From an uncultured virus (IMG/VR IMGVR_UViG_3300020409_000013) (taxonomy: Duplodnaviria; Heunggongvirae; Uroviricota; Caudoviricetes; Kyanoviridae): a stretch of 64,000 nt of DNA. Each line of letters begins with the position of its first letter. Positions within the stretch are counted from its first letter, which is position 1. This document shows positions 27,015-35,625 of the stretch, one piece after another. Where the stretch lies: IMG/VR virus record IMGVR_UViG_3300020409_000013. The stretch is one strand, 5' to 3'. The translations under genes were made by a program, and so were the position numbers. The notes beneath the pieces are model-generated. The model made no database searches, had not been told where the DNA came from, and saw only the letters and a program-made list of their open reading frames with translations.

Positions 27015-27178
27015 GTAAGGTTTTTCAACTACCTACACACCCACCCGTAAACATCAAAATATGGGAGAAGAGTAGAAAATACTTTTGGCAGTATGATTAT
27101 CCCGAGTGTCCTAAGAATGGACCTTTTAGGAGTCAGGCAAGTGCACTTGATGACGCAAACAAACACAGCAGGCGATGA
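27011..27178 (+). CDS. Hypothetical protein (55 aa)
   Basis: MSKVFQLPTHPPVNIKIWEKSRKYFWQYD...GPFRSQ; ATGA overlaps on both sides. Confidence 0.55.
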   Translation: MSKVFQLPTHPPVNIKIWEKSRKYFWQYDYPECPKNGPFRSQASALDDANKHSRR

Positions 27179-27372
27179 GCATACCTAAGCAAATTGAAAC
27201 ACTATTGGACACATATGAAGCAGGCGGTTTACCACCTGATGAAATTGTGATTATGGCACAGTGGTTAATAGATACAGGACTCAATGAGGAGTTAACACAG
27301 TATACCCAACTATGTGACTATTGCATTATGGAGGGTATGTGTTACGATGTGGTTATTGGGGACACTATGTAA
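27175..27372 (+). CDS. Hypothetical protein
   Basis: 65-aa coupled ORF. Confidence 0.55.
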   Translation: MSIPKQIETLLDTYEAGGLPPDEIVIMAQWLIDTGLNEELTQYTQLCDYCIMEGMCYDVVIGDTM

Positions 27373-27554
27373 CAGCACACAGCACCAGGATATAAAGAGT
27401 TAAATCGCAGTAAATTGCGGTAATTCTTTATACTTAGCGAAGCGGATATATAAAAACTCTTACTTCCCTAACCTACAAAAGTATCCCAAAGCGAGAGTTT
27501 TGTTTAAGCAATATAAAAAAATTTTTCCAATATAAAAATCCCCCTCAGAGGTCA

Positions 27555-28034
27555 ATGGGTAGACGTAAGAAACAACAAGAGTTAGAGAGAGAATACTCAC
27601 ACTTCCTTGGAGAGAAGTGGCGAGCAATACACTCTTGGAGTTGCTACCATTGTGTAAGAAAATACTATCGGTTATACTTGAATAGAGATCTAAGAGATTT
27701 CTGTAAGGAAGATCATATATACGCTTTTACTGATGATGCTATCAACACTGAGAATGGCGAGTATGTAATGAAGTCAGAGATGTGGGAGAAAGCATCATTA
27801 GATAGTTTGGAGAAGGATGATATAATCCTCTTCAGACTGTGGTATACGCCTCTAGAAGGGGGTTATACTAAAAGACATGGGCAAGCACCTAACCATGGAG
27901 GTGTTTACCTAGGTGATGGGTTTATGTTACATCATCCTTATAAGGGTGAGAGTCAGATCACAGACCTAAAAGCACCAGGCAATAGTTTTTATATGGAAAC
28001 ATGCGTAGGTGCAATTCGGGGAAAGTCTACATAA
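27555..28034 (+). CDS. NlpC/P60-family peptidase-like protein
   Basis: 'SCYHCVRKYY' (catalytic Cys), 'DDIILF', 'NHGGVYLGDGFMLHH'. Confidence 0.75.
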   Translation: MGRRKKQQELEREYSHFLGEKWRAIHSWSCYHCVRKYYRLYLNRDLRDFCKEDHIYAFTDDAINTENGEYVMKSEMWEKASLDSLEKDDIILFRLWYTPLEGGYTKRHGQAPNHGGVYLGDGFMLHHPYKGESQITDLKAPGNSFYMETCVGAIRGKST

Positions 28035-28056
28035 ATTGTATCCACTATAACTTCTA

Positions 28057-28221
28057 ATGAGCAAACGATACATCTTAGATGTAGAAGCAGATGACATCGG
28101 TGATCTTTTCATCACACTTCCTGTCGAGTTAATCGAGGAGTTGGGGTGGCGAGAAGGCACTGAGTTAGAATATACCGAAGAAACTGATGGCTCTATTATA
28201 CTGAAAGCCGTTGAAGAGTAA
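28057..28221 (+). CDS. AbrB/MazE/SpoVT-like DNA-binding protein (54 aa)
   Basis: ...GDLFITLPVELIEELGWREGTELEY...DGSIILK; not in the ORF track. Confidence 0.7.
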   Translation: MSKRYILDVEADDIGDLFITLPVELIEELGWREGTELEYTEETDGSIILKAVEE

Positions 28222-28241
28222 AAAAATCGCGAGCGTGAATC

Positions 28242-28544
28242 ATGCCAGTTAAATCAACTAGTCCTATTAGTTATGGGGATGTTGCAAATCCCGACCAATC
28301 GCTACCCACTCAGGGTATGGACGATATGGAAAAAATCGCTTTCTGCCTAGAAAAGGTGGGTCAAGGTTTAGAGAATCTTGCAAAGCGAGTGTCCATTAGC
28401 GAGGGGGCAATCCAAAAGTTACCTCCACCTGGTGCAGATATGATTCAATACAAACCAAAAGGTTATGAGAAGCATCTCAATATCAAAGAGATCCTAGATG
28501 ATCTGTATGACCGACTAAATAAATTGGAAGAGCGTATGAATTGA
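28242..28544 (+). CDS. Hypothetical coiled-coil protein
   Basis: 100-aa ORF ending 'LDDLYDRLNKLE'. Confidence 0.6.
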   Translation: MPVKSTSPISYGDVANPDQSLPTQGMDDMEKIAFCLEKVGQGLENLAKRVSISEGAIQKLPPPGADMIQYKPKGYEKHLNIKEILDDLYDRLNKLEERMN

Positions 28545-28547
28545 TCG

Positions 28548-31500
28548 GTGCCTTGTTATATCCTATCAACAAAACGATCGTTTCCTAACCCTATAGAGGG
28601 GGAGGATTATATAAAACCATTCTATGATGAGGAAAACGACGAGAATTACGAAATAGAGTATCTCGACGAAGGTCCTGGCACTATGCCGTTAGGCAAAGAT
28701 ATAGTGCATTACATAGGAGAGGAGCAAAAAACGTGTGTCGGCAACTGTAATGGTGACAGACAACCCGTATATCGCTTCTATAGAGGTGTAAAAGACGATC
28801 ACAAGTATAGTAAAACCCCAGAATTGACGAAAGAGCATGCTGTTGGGGACGATGAGCACTGGCAAAAAGTATTAAGAGGGTATAATCCTGAGCCTAGACA
28901 AGGACAGATACCTGTTTTTTACCTGATGCAGACACAAGTAGGAAATTCTGTGCCTGTTTACATCTGGTTTAGAGGAGAGAGGGACGATAATACAAAATTA
29001 ACGCTATCAAATACCGCACCAAGTAGTAATAATGGTAAACCTTACTACCTAGTCGGCACTTTAGGATACATTTTTACTAGTTTGAGTGATGCACAGGCAC
29101 AAGCAGGGACAGATGAGACCCCTGTGCCTCTATATCACTACTTCTATGACCCAGAAGATGACTTTTATACCATTGACCCTGCCTCAGAAGTCGAGTTGAG
29201 TGGCGGTCCTATCGCCCCCAGAGAGGTTAGAGGCGGTAGATATGTATATCAGGGTATCTTTGGGTATGTTTTTGCAGGAGATAACCCAGATGCACCAGAA
29301 AGCACCTTCCAAGACATCGGAAATATAGGTCCTACTGGTCAATGCGTCGATAAAAGCAGTTGGTATACATGGGGAGCAGAAGGATCTGGGTTTACTTACA
29401 GAAATTACAGACAAAATCGCTTCGGGACTAACGCATTTGGTCAACCAATCGGCACACCAGGCGTTGCAGGCTTCGGAGATTACTGGGGAGGCAGCATTGG
29501 AAGCGATGGAAGCGTCTCTACAACGGAAGATGCAAACTTTGAGTGGTTATATGGACTGAATGGTGCGATAAAAGGAGCGGTGCCGAGGTTTCTCGGGTTT
29601 CAATCATGCTATGACTCGCAATATTTGTATTATTTGTATGATACATCGTATCCGTGGAATGGTCCTATCTTCGGTATACAGTATCAACTGTCAGATGCAG
29701 CGTGTTGTCCTAACCATTATGGCGGTAGTAGCAACAGAAACGAGTGTGTTGTGCACAAAGAGTGGTATTCACACTTCTATCAGATCCGCCAAGACTCATG
29801 GAAGACTACAAAGTCGCGAATTGATGTGCGTGGACCTGCAGGAAGTGGTGTAGATGAGTCATTTAGGACTGCGGACACAGACACACATAGGATATTCTTC
29901 AAGTATTTGACCACTACAGGCACATTCCGCAAGGGTGAGCAGATAAACGGATGGAATATTGCGGGCATTTTCTACTTCGGTGGCAAAATGAATGCAGGAT
30001 ATATGGAATTACAGAAGGATGGACATAAAAATGGCAAGAAATTCTCCTATCAACAGGAGTTTGAGAGTCATCCATACCCTTCAGAGGAGGATGAGCCTCC
30101 TATTCCCAAGGCAAGGATACAAGTTTTAGCGGGATTTGGCATTCCAGACAAGGCAGCCTTCTTTGGAGTATACGAATTTGAGAAAAATATTGCGTATTAC
30201 AAGGTAAAACTAGATCCAAAGGCACTCATTCCTACCCGCACACTGGATTTAGCAGAGGCGGAAGCGATTGTAGACACAGAAGGTAAGATTACAGAGATCG
30301 TAATCATCAATGGTGGCGTAGGATACACCAATCCTACCGTAACTATTAGTGAGCCAGGTCAGTTAGAGGAGTTTAGTAGCACAGATACAGCACGTCAGAT
30401 GCGTGGTGCCTTCCTCAGAGACTACGGAAAGCCTGTAAAGAAGTTTCCAGACTATAATGAGACAGGTGAAATCGGTGAGCAGAAGATTTCTTTGGACAAA
30501 TTTGAGCGTAGACAACTACAAGTGCTCAAAAATAGGAAGGAAAGAGAGTTTGATACGGTGCAACAATTCCGTAATGCAGAAGTTAGGATCGGAAGGATCA
30601 CAAAATCAGGTATTATCAAGCGGATTGACGTGATTGATGGTGGATCTGGTTACGATCCGCAGTTTCCTCCACAGGTTTACATCGCTGAGAAGGGCATTTC
30701 TATTAATGTAGACACTAAGTTTAAGGAGCCTGCACTAGATGACAGTCAAACTGACGTTGCAGACATGTTTAACTTCGAGTCTGATGATGGAACTACCATG
30801 ACTCAAGAGAATCCATTGTCAGGAAGCATCGTTACAGACGAAATGAGCACCATTAATGCAGGTTACACTACCAATGTGCCCATCACATACATGGAATATG
30901 CAGAGGTTGACCCAGAAGGTAAGACAGTTTTGTGTCAAAACCTACCTGCGGACTGTATTGACATCAATATGGGTCTACCTTTACTCAAAGCAATGCCTCC
31001 TGTAGACACTTTTGAGAATCTAGCAGCACAAGAAGAGCCTAGAATGCTCAAAGGACCCGATGAAACAGGTCAACCCGCAGGAGAAAAGTTTTCAAGCGGT
31101 GTATATTCCGATATTTTGAGCGGTCTCCGCTCTTCTGAGGCGGATAGCGAAGCATTTAACGGACTATACGGATCATTTGACGGAAATAAGTGCTTGATTG
31201 TGGATCAACCAGTCATTCATAACATCAAAAAGTGGTTTCAGATGCCATGTGCGTATATGGAAGCGGAAGATAACCCTCGTGAAAACTTCTATGGGGAGGT
31301 AAAAGACAGACTTACCGCATCTAGGAAGGCATTTGGGTATCTGCCTTGGAAATACTGTGCTCCGCATGATGAGAAAGCAGAGTTTACGGTCGCACTGTCC
31401 TTTGATGGTAAAGCAACAGGGTCGCAAGGACAGGCATTTATGCAATTTTTGAATACACTACCCAAACCAAAGCTCACACCAAAGAGAAAAGTGTCAGGCG

Positions 31501-32276
31501 GGTATAAAACATGGAATTGCACTAGAGGTAATGTGCCTGGTAGATGTTACCGTGGTAGTAACAATAGTATAGAATACGTCCCAATCGGACTTGAGGAAAA
31601 TACATATGATTATAACCGTAGTAATTACACTAGAGCACAGCAGTTTGCACTATGGTTAGGAGATAATCTAGATGCGGATCCATTTGATACTACCGCAACT
31701 TGGCAAACTTTAATTACTACTACAGATGAGCAAGGAAACGAAACGACAACATCATATCCAGGCTCACAAAACTATGTTAATTTCACAGTCAATAATGGGA
31801 GCTGTCCAAATGATCCTACCAATATCCCTCATGACTGTTGGGATAAGTTTGTTAGAAAAGGAAATAACACGGATGGGTGCTTGGATGTTTACTGCGGATG
31901 GGACAACTCAGGTAATCCACTTGCAGGACAAACATACTATGAGATCACACCCCCAGCTTCAAATAACACAGGAGCAAATGGTCTAAACAACTGGACGTCT
32001 AGTTGGCCAGGTAGCGGTAGTGGTCTGTGCAACAACTGTAATGCCCTAGAGCACGTTGCAGACTGCTCTATTGCCATTGACCCTAAACGTATGGAAACAG
32101 AGCGTTACAGGATCAAAATGGGGGACTACACAGGAAAGATGGAAGTCCTTAATTATCTGACTGGTGGCACAAATGCTCTGTCACGAAGTATCAAAAACCT
32201 AGGAAATCCATTCTTTGATGAGTGCCAAGATAAATACCCATATCTGGACGGAAGGCAGCTCAGAGGTGAAGGATAA
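28548..32276 (+). CDS. Large virion structural protein (baseplate-associated)
   Basis: Late promoter at 28516, 'PVYRFY/PLYHYF' repeats, 'I.IINGG.GY..P.V.I' repeats shared with the gp7-like protein, directly upstream of the PAAR gene. Confidence 0.65.
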   Translation: MPCYILSTKRSFPNPIEGEDYIKPFYDEENDENYEIEYLDEGPGTMPLGKDIVHYIGEEQKTCVGNCNGDRQPVYRFYRGVKDDHKYSKTPELTKEHAVGDDEHWQKVLRGYNPEPRQGQIPVFYLMQTQVGNSVPVYIWFRGERDDNTKLTLSNTAPSSNNGKPYYLVGTLGYIFTSLSDAQAQAGTDETPVPLYHYFYDPEDDFYTIDPASEVELSGGPIAPREVRGGRYVYQGIFGYVFAGDNPDAPESTFQDIGNIGPTGQCVDKSSWYTWGAEGSGFTYRNYRQNRFGTNAFGQPIGTPGVAGFGDYWGGSIGSDGSVSTTEDANFEWLYGLNGAIKGAVPRFLGFQSCYDSQYLYYLYDTSYPWNGPIFGIQYQLSDAACCPNHYGGSSNRNECVVHKEWYSHFYQIRQDSWKTTKSRIDVRGPAGSGVDESFRTADTDTHRIFFKYLTTTGTFRKGEQINGWNIAGIFYFGGKMNAGYMELQKDGHKNGKKFSYQQEFESHPYPSEEDEPPIPKARIQVLAGFGIPDKAAFFGVYEFEKNIAYYKVKLDPKALIPTRTLDLAEAEAIVDTEGKITEIVIINGGVGYTNPTVTISEPGQLEEFSSTDTARQMRGAFLRDYGKPVKKFPDYNETGEIGEQKISLDKFERRQLQVLKNRKEREFDTVQQFRNAEVRIGRITKSGIIKRIDVIDGGSGYDPQFPPQVYIAEKGISINVDTKFKEPALDDSQTDVADMFNFESDDGTTMTQENPLSGSIVTDEMSTINAGYTTNVPITYMEYAEVDPEGKTVLCQNLPADCIDINMGLPLLKAMPPVDTFENLAAQEEPRMLKGPDETGQPAGEKFSSGVYSDILSGLRSSEADSEAFNGLYGSFDGNKCLIVDQPVIHNIKKWFQMPCAYMEAEDNPRENFYGEVKDRLTASRKAFGYLPWKYCAPHDEKAEFTVALSFDGKATGSQGQAFMQFLNTLPKPKLTPKRKVSGGYKTWNCTRGNVPGRCYRGSNNSIEYVPIGLEENTYDYNRSNYTRAQQFALWLGDNLDADPFDTTATWQTLITTTDEQGNETTTSYPGSQNYVNFTVNNGSCPNDPTNIPHDCWDKFVRKGNNTDGCLDVYCGWDNSGNPLAGQTYYEITPPASNNTGANGLNNWTSSWPGSGSGLCNNCNALEHVADCSIAIDPKRMETERYRIKMGDYTGKMEVLNYLTGGTNALSRSIKNLGNPFFDECQDKYPYLDGRQLRGEG

Positions 32277-32806
32277 TGGCATTTGGATTTCTTAAACCAG
32301 TTGCTGCTATCAACGGACTACCATGCTCAGGGCATGGTCTCTGTCTACCGCCTGTTGTGCATAGCACAGAGGCATGTGGTGCTATTCCTAGGACTAGAAC
32401 TATTCGCATCAAAGAATACTCTTGTTGGTGGCCACCACTACCATTAGTGCCAATGACACCTTTAGCACCAAATCGTGCTACAGTATTAGTCAATGGTTTT
32501 CCAATCATGTTGGCGGGTGATAAATTCATTAGACACCCATCTGCATGCACAAACATAGTCATTCATATGTGTCCATGTGGAAAATCTTTGTGCCCAAAAC
32601 CAACACCCTACCCCTGCTCGGTATTAACGACAGAAGATAAAGGTATTGGACATGATAGGACTGTATATCCTACAACCCTAACTGTGTTTGCACTCAAGAG
32701 ATTGGTTGCACGACAGTTAGACCCCTTGGGAGTCGGGTTTCCTGGCTTCTCATACCCCTGCTCTTCCGTAGTTGCTTACGGATCTATGAATGTCTGGGCA
32801 GGATAG
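32276..32806 (+). CDS. PAAR-like spike tip protein (T4 gp5.4-like), Cys-rich
   Basis: 'CSGHG..LPP', 'TVLVNGFPIMLAGD', 'VVAYGSMNVWAG'; position before gp25. Confidence 0.7.
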   Translation: MAFGFLKPVAAINGLPCSGHGLCLPPVVHSTEACGAIPRTRTIRIKEYSCWWPPLPLVPMTPLAPNRATVLVNGFPIMLAGDKFIRHPSACTNIVIHMCPCGKSLCPKPTPYPCSVLTTEDKGIGHDRTVYPTTLTVFALKRLVARQLDPLGVGFPGFSYPCSSVVAYGSMNVWAG

Positions 32807-32824
32807 TAAACTTACCCAATTATT

Positions 32825-32956
32825 ATGGCTCTTTATAACAACACCCAAAAACAAAAAGCAACTCCAAAGAAAACTAGACAAGGAAGAGGGAAGAATACCA
32901 AGTATTCTGCAACCTCCTCAAATGAAGCGAAAAAAAAGTATCGCGGACAAGGCTAA
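32825..32956 (+). CDS. Small basic protein (43 aa)
   Basis: ...TPKKTRQGRGKNTKYSATS...KKYRGQG. Confidence 0.6.
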   Translation: MALYNNTQKQKATPKKTRQGRGKNTKYSATSSNEAKKKYRGQG

Positions 32957-32981
32957 ATATAATTAACTACCTTGTTTTTCC

Positions 32982-33110
32982 ATGGTGATAGTCGATAGAT
33001 CGGATGAATTCATCAGAAGTGGTAAAGTGTTGATCACTGACTACGGATCTGAAAGACGTTTTATTAAAAAGGAAAAAATTCGTAATGGCAAAACTTACGC
33101 TAATGTATAG
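32982..33110 (+). CDS. Hypothetical protein (42 aa)
   Basis: MVIVDRSDEFIRSGKVLITD...; follows TAAATA at 32954. Confidence 0.45.
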   Translation: MVIVDRSDEFIRSGKVLITDYGSERRFIKKEKIRNGKTYANV

Positions 33111-33520
33111 TGTCATACAGAATTCGATCAGATAAGAATATAAGTCGTGGTTTTAGAGATTTTGCGATGTCTTTCAAAGCAAATCCTAACAGCCGCGACT
33201 TTGGTGCTGTCAAAAATGAGAATGCAATCAAACAGGCAGTCTTAAATCTGGTCAAAACCGACGTTGGTGAGAAACCTTTTCAAAATGCAGTCGGGTCTAG
33301 AGTAACTGGACTACTTTTTGAGCCTTATGACGTTTTTACAGGTGAGGCAATTAAAGACGAGATCATCTCAACCCTTGAAAAATACGAAAAACGCATCAGA
33401 GTCACTTCAGTGGACGTCACAGACGGTCCTGACTACAATTCTCTAGATGTGCGTGTTGAATATGTCATCGTAGGTGAATCAATCGTGAAAGAAATCGATT
33501 TCATACTAGAGAGGACGTAA
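33110..33520 (+). CDS. gp25: Baseplate wedge subunit gp25
   Basis: 'NENAIKQAVLNLVKT..GEKPF...GS....LFEP...I...L.KYE.RI'. Confidence 0.9.
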   Translation: MSYRIRSDKNISRGFRDFAMSFKANPNSRDFGAVKNENAIKQAVLNLVKTDVGEKPFQNAVGSRVTGLLFEPYDVFTGEAIKDEIISTLEKYEKRIRVTSVDVTDGPDYNSLDVRVEYVIVGESIVKEIDFILERT

Positions 33521-35622
33521 TGCCTGCAGTACCATCAGAATTAACCTCCTTGGATTTCTTTGAAATCAAGGAATCTATAAGATCATACCTTAGGACTCGA
33601 TCTGAGTTTACGGATTATGACTTTGAGGGATCTGCTGCGTCTTATCTTCTCGACATTCTTGCTTATAACACTTATTATACTGCATTCAATGCAAACATGT
33701 CTCTCAATGAGGCATTCTTAGAAACATCTACTGTCAGAGACAATATTGTTAAGGTTGCTAAGCAACTTAACTACACTCCTCGTAGTGTAAAGTCTCCAAA
33801 AGCGTTTGTGACAGTAAGAATACAAACTTTAATCGGTGCAAATGGTCTAACTTACCCTGAGCAGGTTACAATTAACAAGGGTGACTCATTTAGTGCTGAA
33901 AATAACTTTGATGACTATATTTTTACAATTCTAAGTCAAGTCCAAGCACCTGTTGACCAAACAACTGGTATTGCAACCTTTAAATGCGTCTCAGCGTATC
34001 AAGGTAACCTTCTTAGCTACTCGTTTATTGTTAATAACACTAAAAAACAAGAATACATCGTTCCTAGTGAAGATGTAGACACTGAAAGGATGATTGTTTA
34101 CGTTTCTCCTTCTGTGCAATCGTCAGAAATCGATATTTACAATAAAGCAGACTCTTCTGTTAACCTAGACGGCAATTCTCGTATTTACTTCCTTGAAGAA
34201 GTTGATGATTTACGTTATAAGGTAATTTTTGGAGATGGCGTCTTAGGAAGAAAGTTAGTTGACGGTGAATTCGTAAAAATTGACTATGTAAGGACTATAG
34301 GAAAGGAAGCTAATGGTGCGAGGGATTTTACTTTCATTGGTACTGCTGTTGATAGCGAAGGACGTATCATCGGGAATAATGCAATCACTGTCACAACCGA
34401 AAATGAGGCAGCAGACGGGGAAGATAGAGAAACTCCCGTATCAATCAAGTATAATGCCCCAAGATTGTATACAACCCAAAATAGAGCAGTAACAGAAAGA
34501 GATTTTGAGAATCTAGTAAGACAACTCTACCCACAATCACGATCTGTGGTTGCATATGGTGGTGAGAAGTTGAATCCTCCTGTTTATGGAAAAGTATACG
34601 TTGCAGTTAGACCCAAGACTGGATCTAAGTTGAATGAGACTACAAAAGTCAGAATTAAAAACCAATTAAAGGACTATTCGATCGGTGCTATCGATCCAAT
34701 CATCATTGATCCTACAACTCTCTATGTTATTCCTAAGTCTTACGTTTACTATAATGGTAATGACACTAATCTGTCTGCTAATGACCTAAGAACTAAAGTG
34801 TTGAAAAACATTGACGACTATAACGCTCAAAATGCTGCAAATAGATTCAACAACAGATTTGAAGGATCTAAGTATGCAGGTGTAGTTGACAATGCAGATC
34901 CTGCTATCTCTGGTAGCACGACTCAACTCACTCTAGGACAGAATTTAGACGCATTCCAATTTGGTCAAGTATTTAACCAGTGTCTTGACTTTAACAACCC
35001 TCTCTTCCGTCCTGGCGACTTCTCAGGGACACCTGAGGACTCTAATGGAGATGGAAGCGGAGATGGCACAGGAGGTAATTGTAAACCAACCTTCTCTGTC
35101 GTAAAATCTGGCACCTTCTATGCTACTGGTTACACAGAAAGTCTTTTAAACAACGCAAACTTAACTAGTGGCGTTGTCCAAGTGGATACTGCAGTCTTTG
35201 ACTCTAATACCGCACAAACTCTTGTCCCTGTAAATCTAAGGGATGATGGTAATGGTAATATGATGCTTGTTACTGTCAGAGATGAAGCAGAAGTAATCCT
35301 TAACAATAACGTCGGATCAGTCAACTATAACACTGGTGAAGTGTGTATAGGACCTCTTAATGTAGCACTGACTCCTGACGATACTACCAGAATTCCAGTG
35401 GTTGTCTACCCTAGCGGTGGATCTATTGAGCCTCCATCAGGCACAGACCCAATTATCTTCAACCCAGATGTAAATCCTATAGATTATACTGTCAATGACT
35501 TGTCAGTCCCTATCTTTGATCCTAACAATTTCAGTGGATTTAACTTTGGCGGTGGAGAGCTAAATATACTTGATTACCCCACGGATAGTTTCACTTATCC
35601 CGAATTAGAAGAGTGCTTCTAA
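33520..35622 (+). CDS. gp6: Baseplate wedge subunit gp6
   Basis: 'LDFFEIKESI..YL....FTDYDFEGS...LLDILAYNTYY', 'QNRAVT..DF', 'PPVYGKVYV'. Confidence 0.92.
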   Translation: MPAVPSELTSLDFFEIKESIRSYLRTRSEFTDYDFEGSAASYLLDILAYNTYYTAFNANMSLNEAFLETSTVRDNIVKVAKQLNYTPRSVKSPKAFVTVRIQTLIGANGLTYPEQVTINKGDSFSAENNFDDYIFTILSQVQAPVDQTTGIATFKCVSAYQGNLLSYSFIVNNTKKQEYIVPSEDVDTERMIVYVSPSVQSSEIDIYNKADSSVNLDGNSRIYFLEEVDDLRYKVIFGDGVLGRKLVDGEFVKIDYVRTIGKEANGARDFTFIGTAVDSEGRIIGNNAITVTTENEAADGEDRETPVSIKYNAPRLYTTQNRAVTERDFENLVRQLYPQSRSVVAYGGEKLNPPVYGKVYVAVRPKTGSKLNETTKVRIKNQLKDYSIGAIDPIIIDPTTLYVIPKSYVYYNGNDTNLSANDLRTKVLKNIDDYNAQNAANRFNNRFEGSKYAGVVDNADPAISGSTTQLTLGQNLDAFQFGQVFNQCLDFNNPLFRPGDFSGTPEDSNGDGSGDGTGGNCKPTFSVVKSGTFYATGYTESLLNNANLTSGVVQVDTAVFDSNTAQTLVPVNLRDDGNGNMMLVTVRDEAEVILNNNVGSVNYNTGEVCIGPLNVALTPDDTTRIPVVVYPSGGSIEPPSGTDPIIFNPDVNPIDYTVNDLSVPIFDPNNFSGFNFGGGELNILDYPTDSFTYPELEECF

Positions 35623-35625
35623 GAT

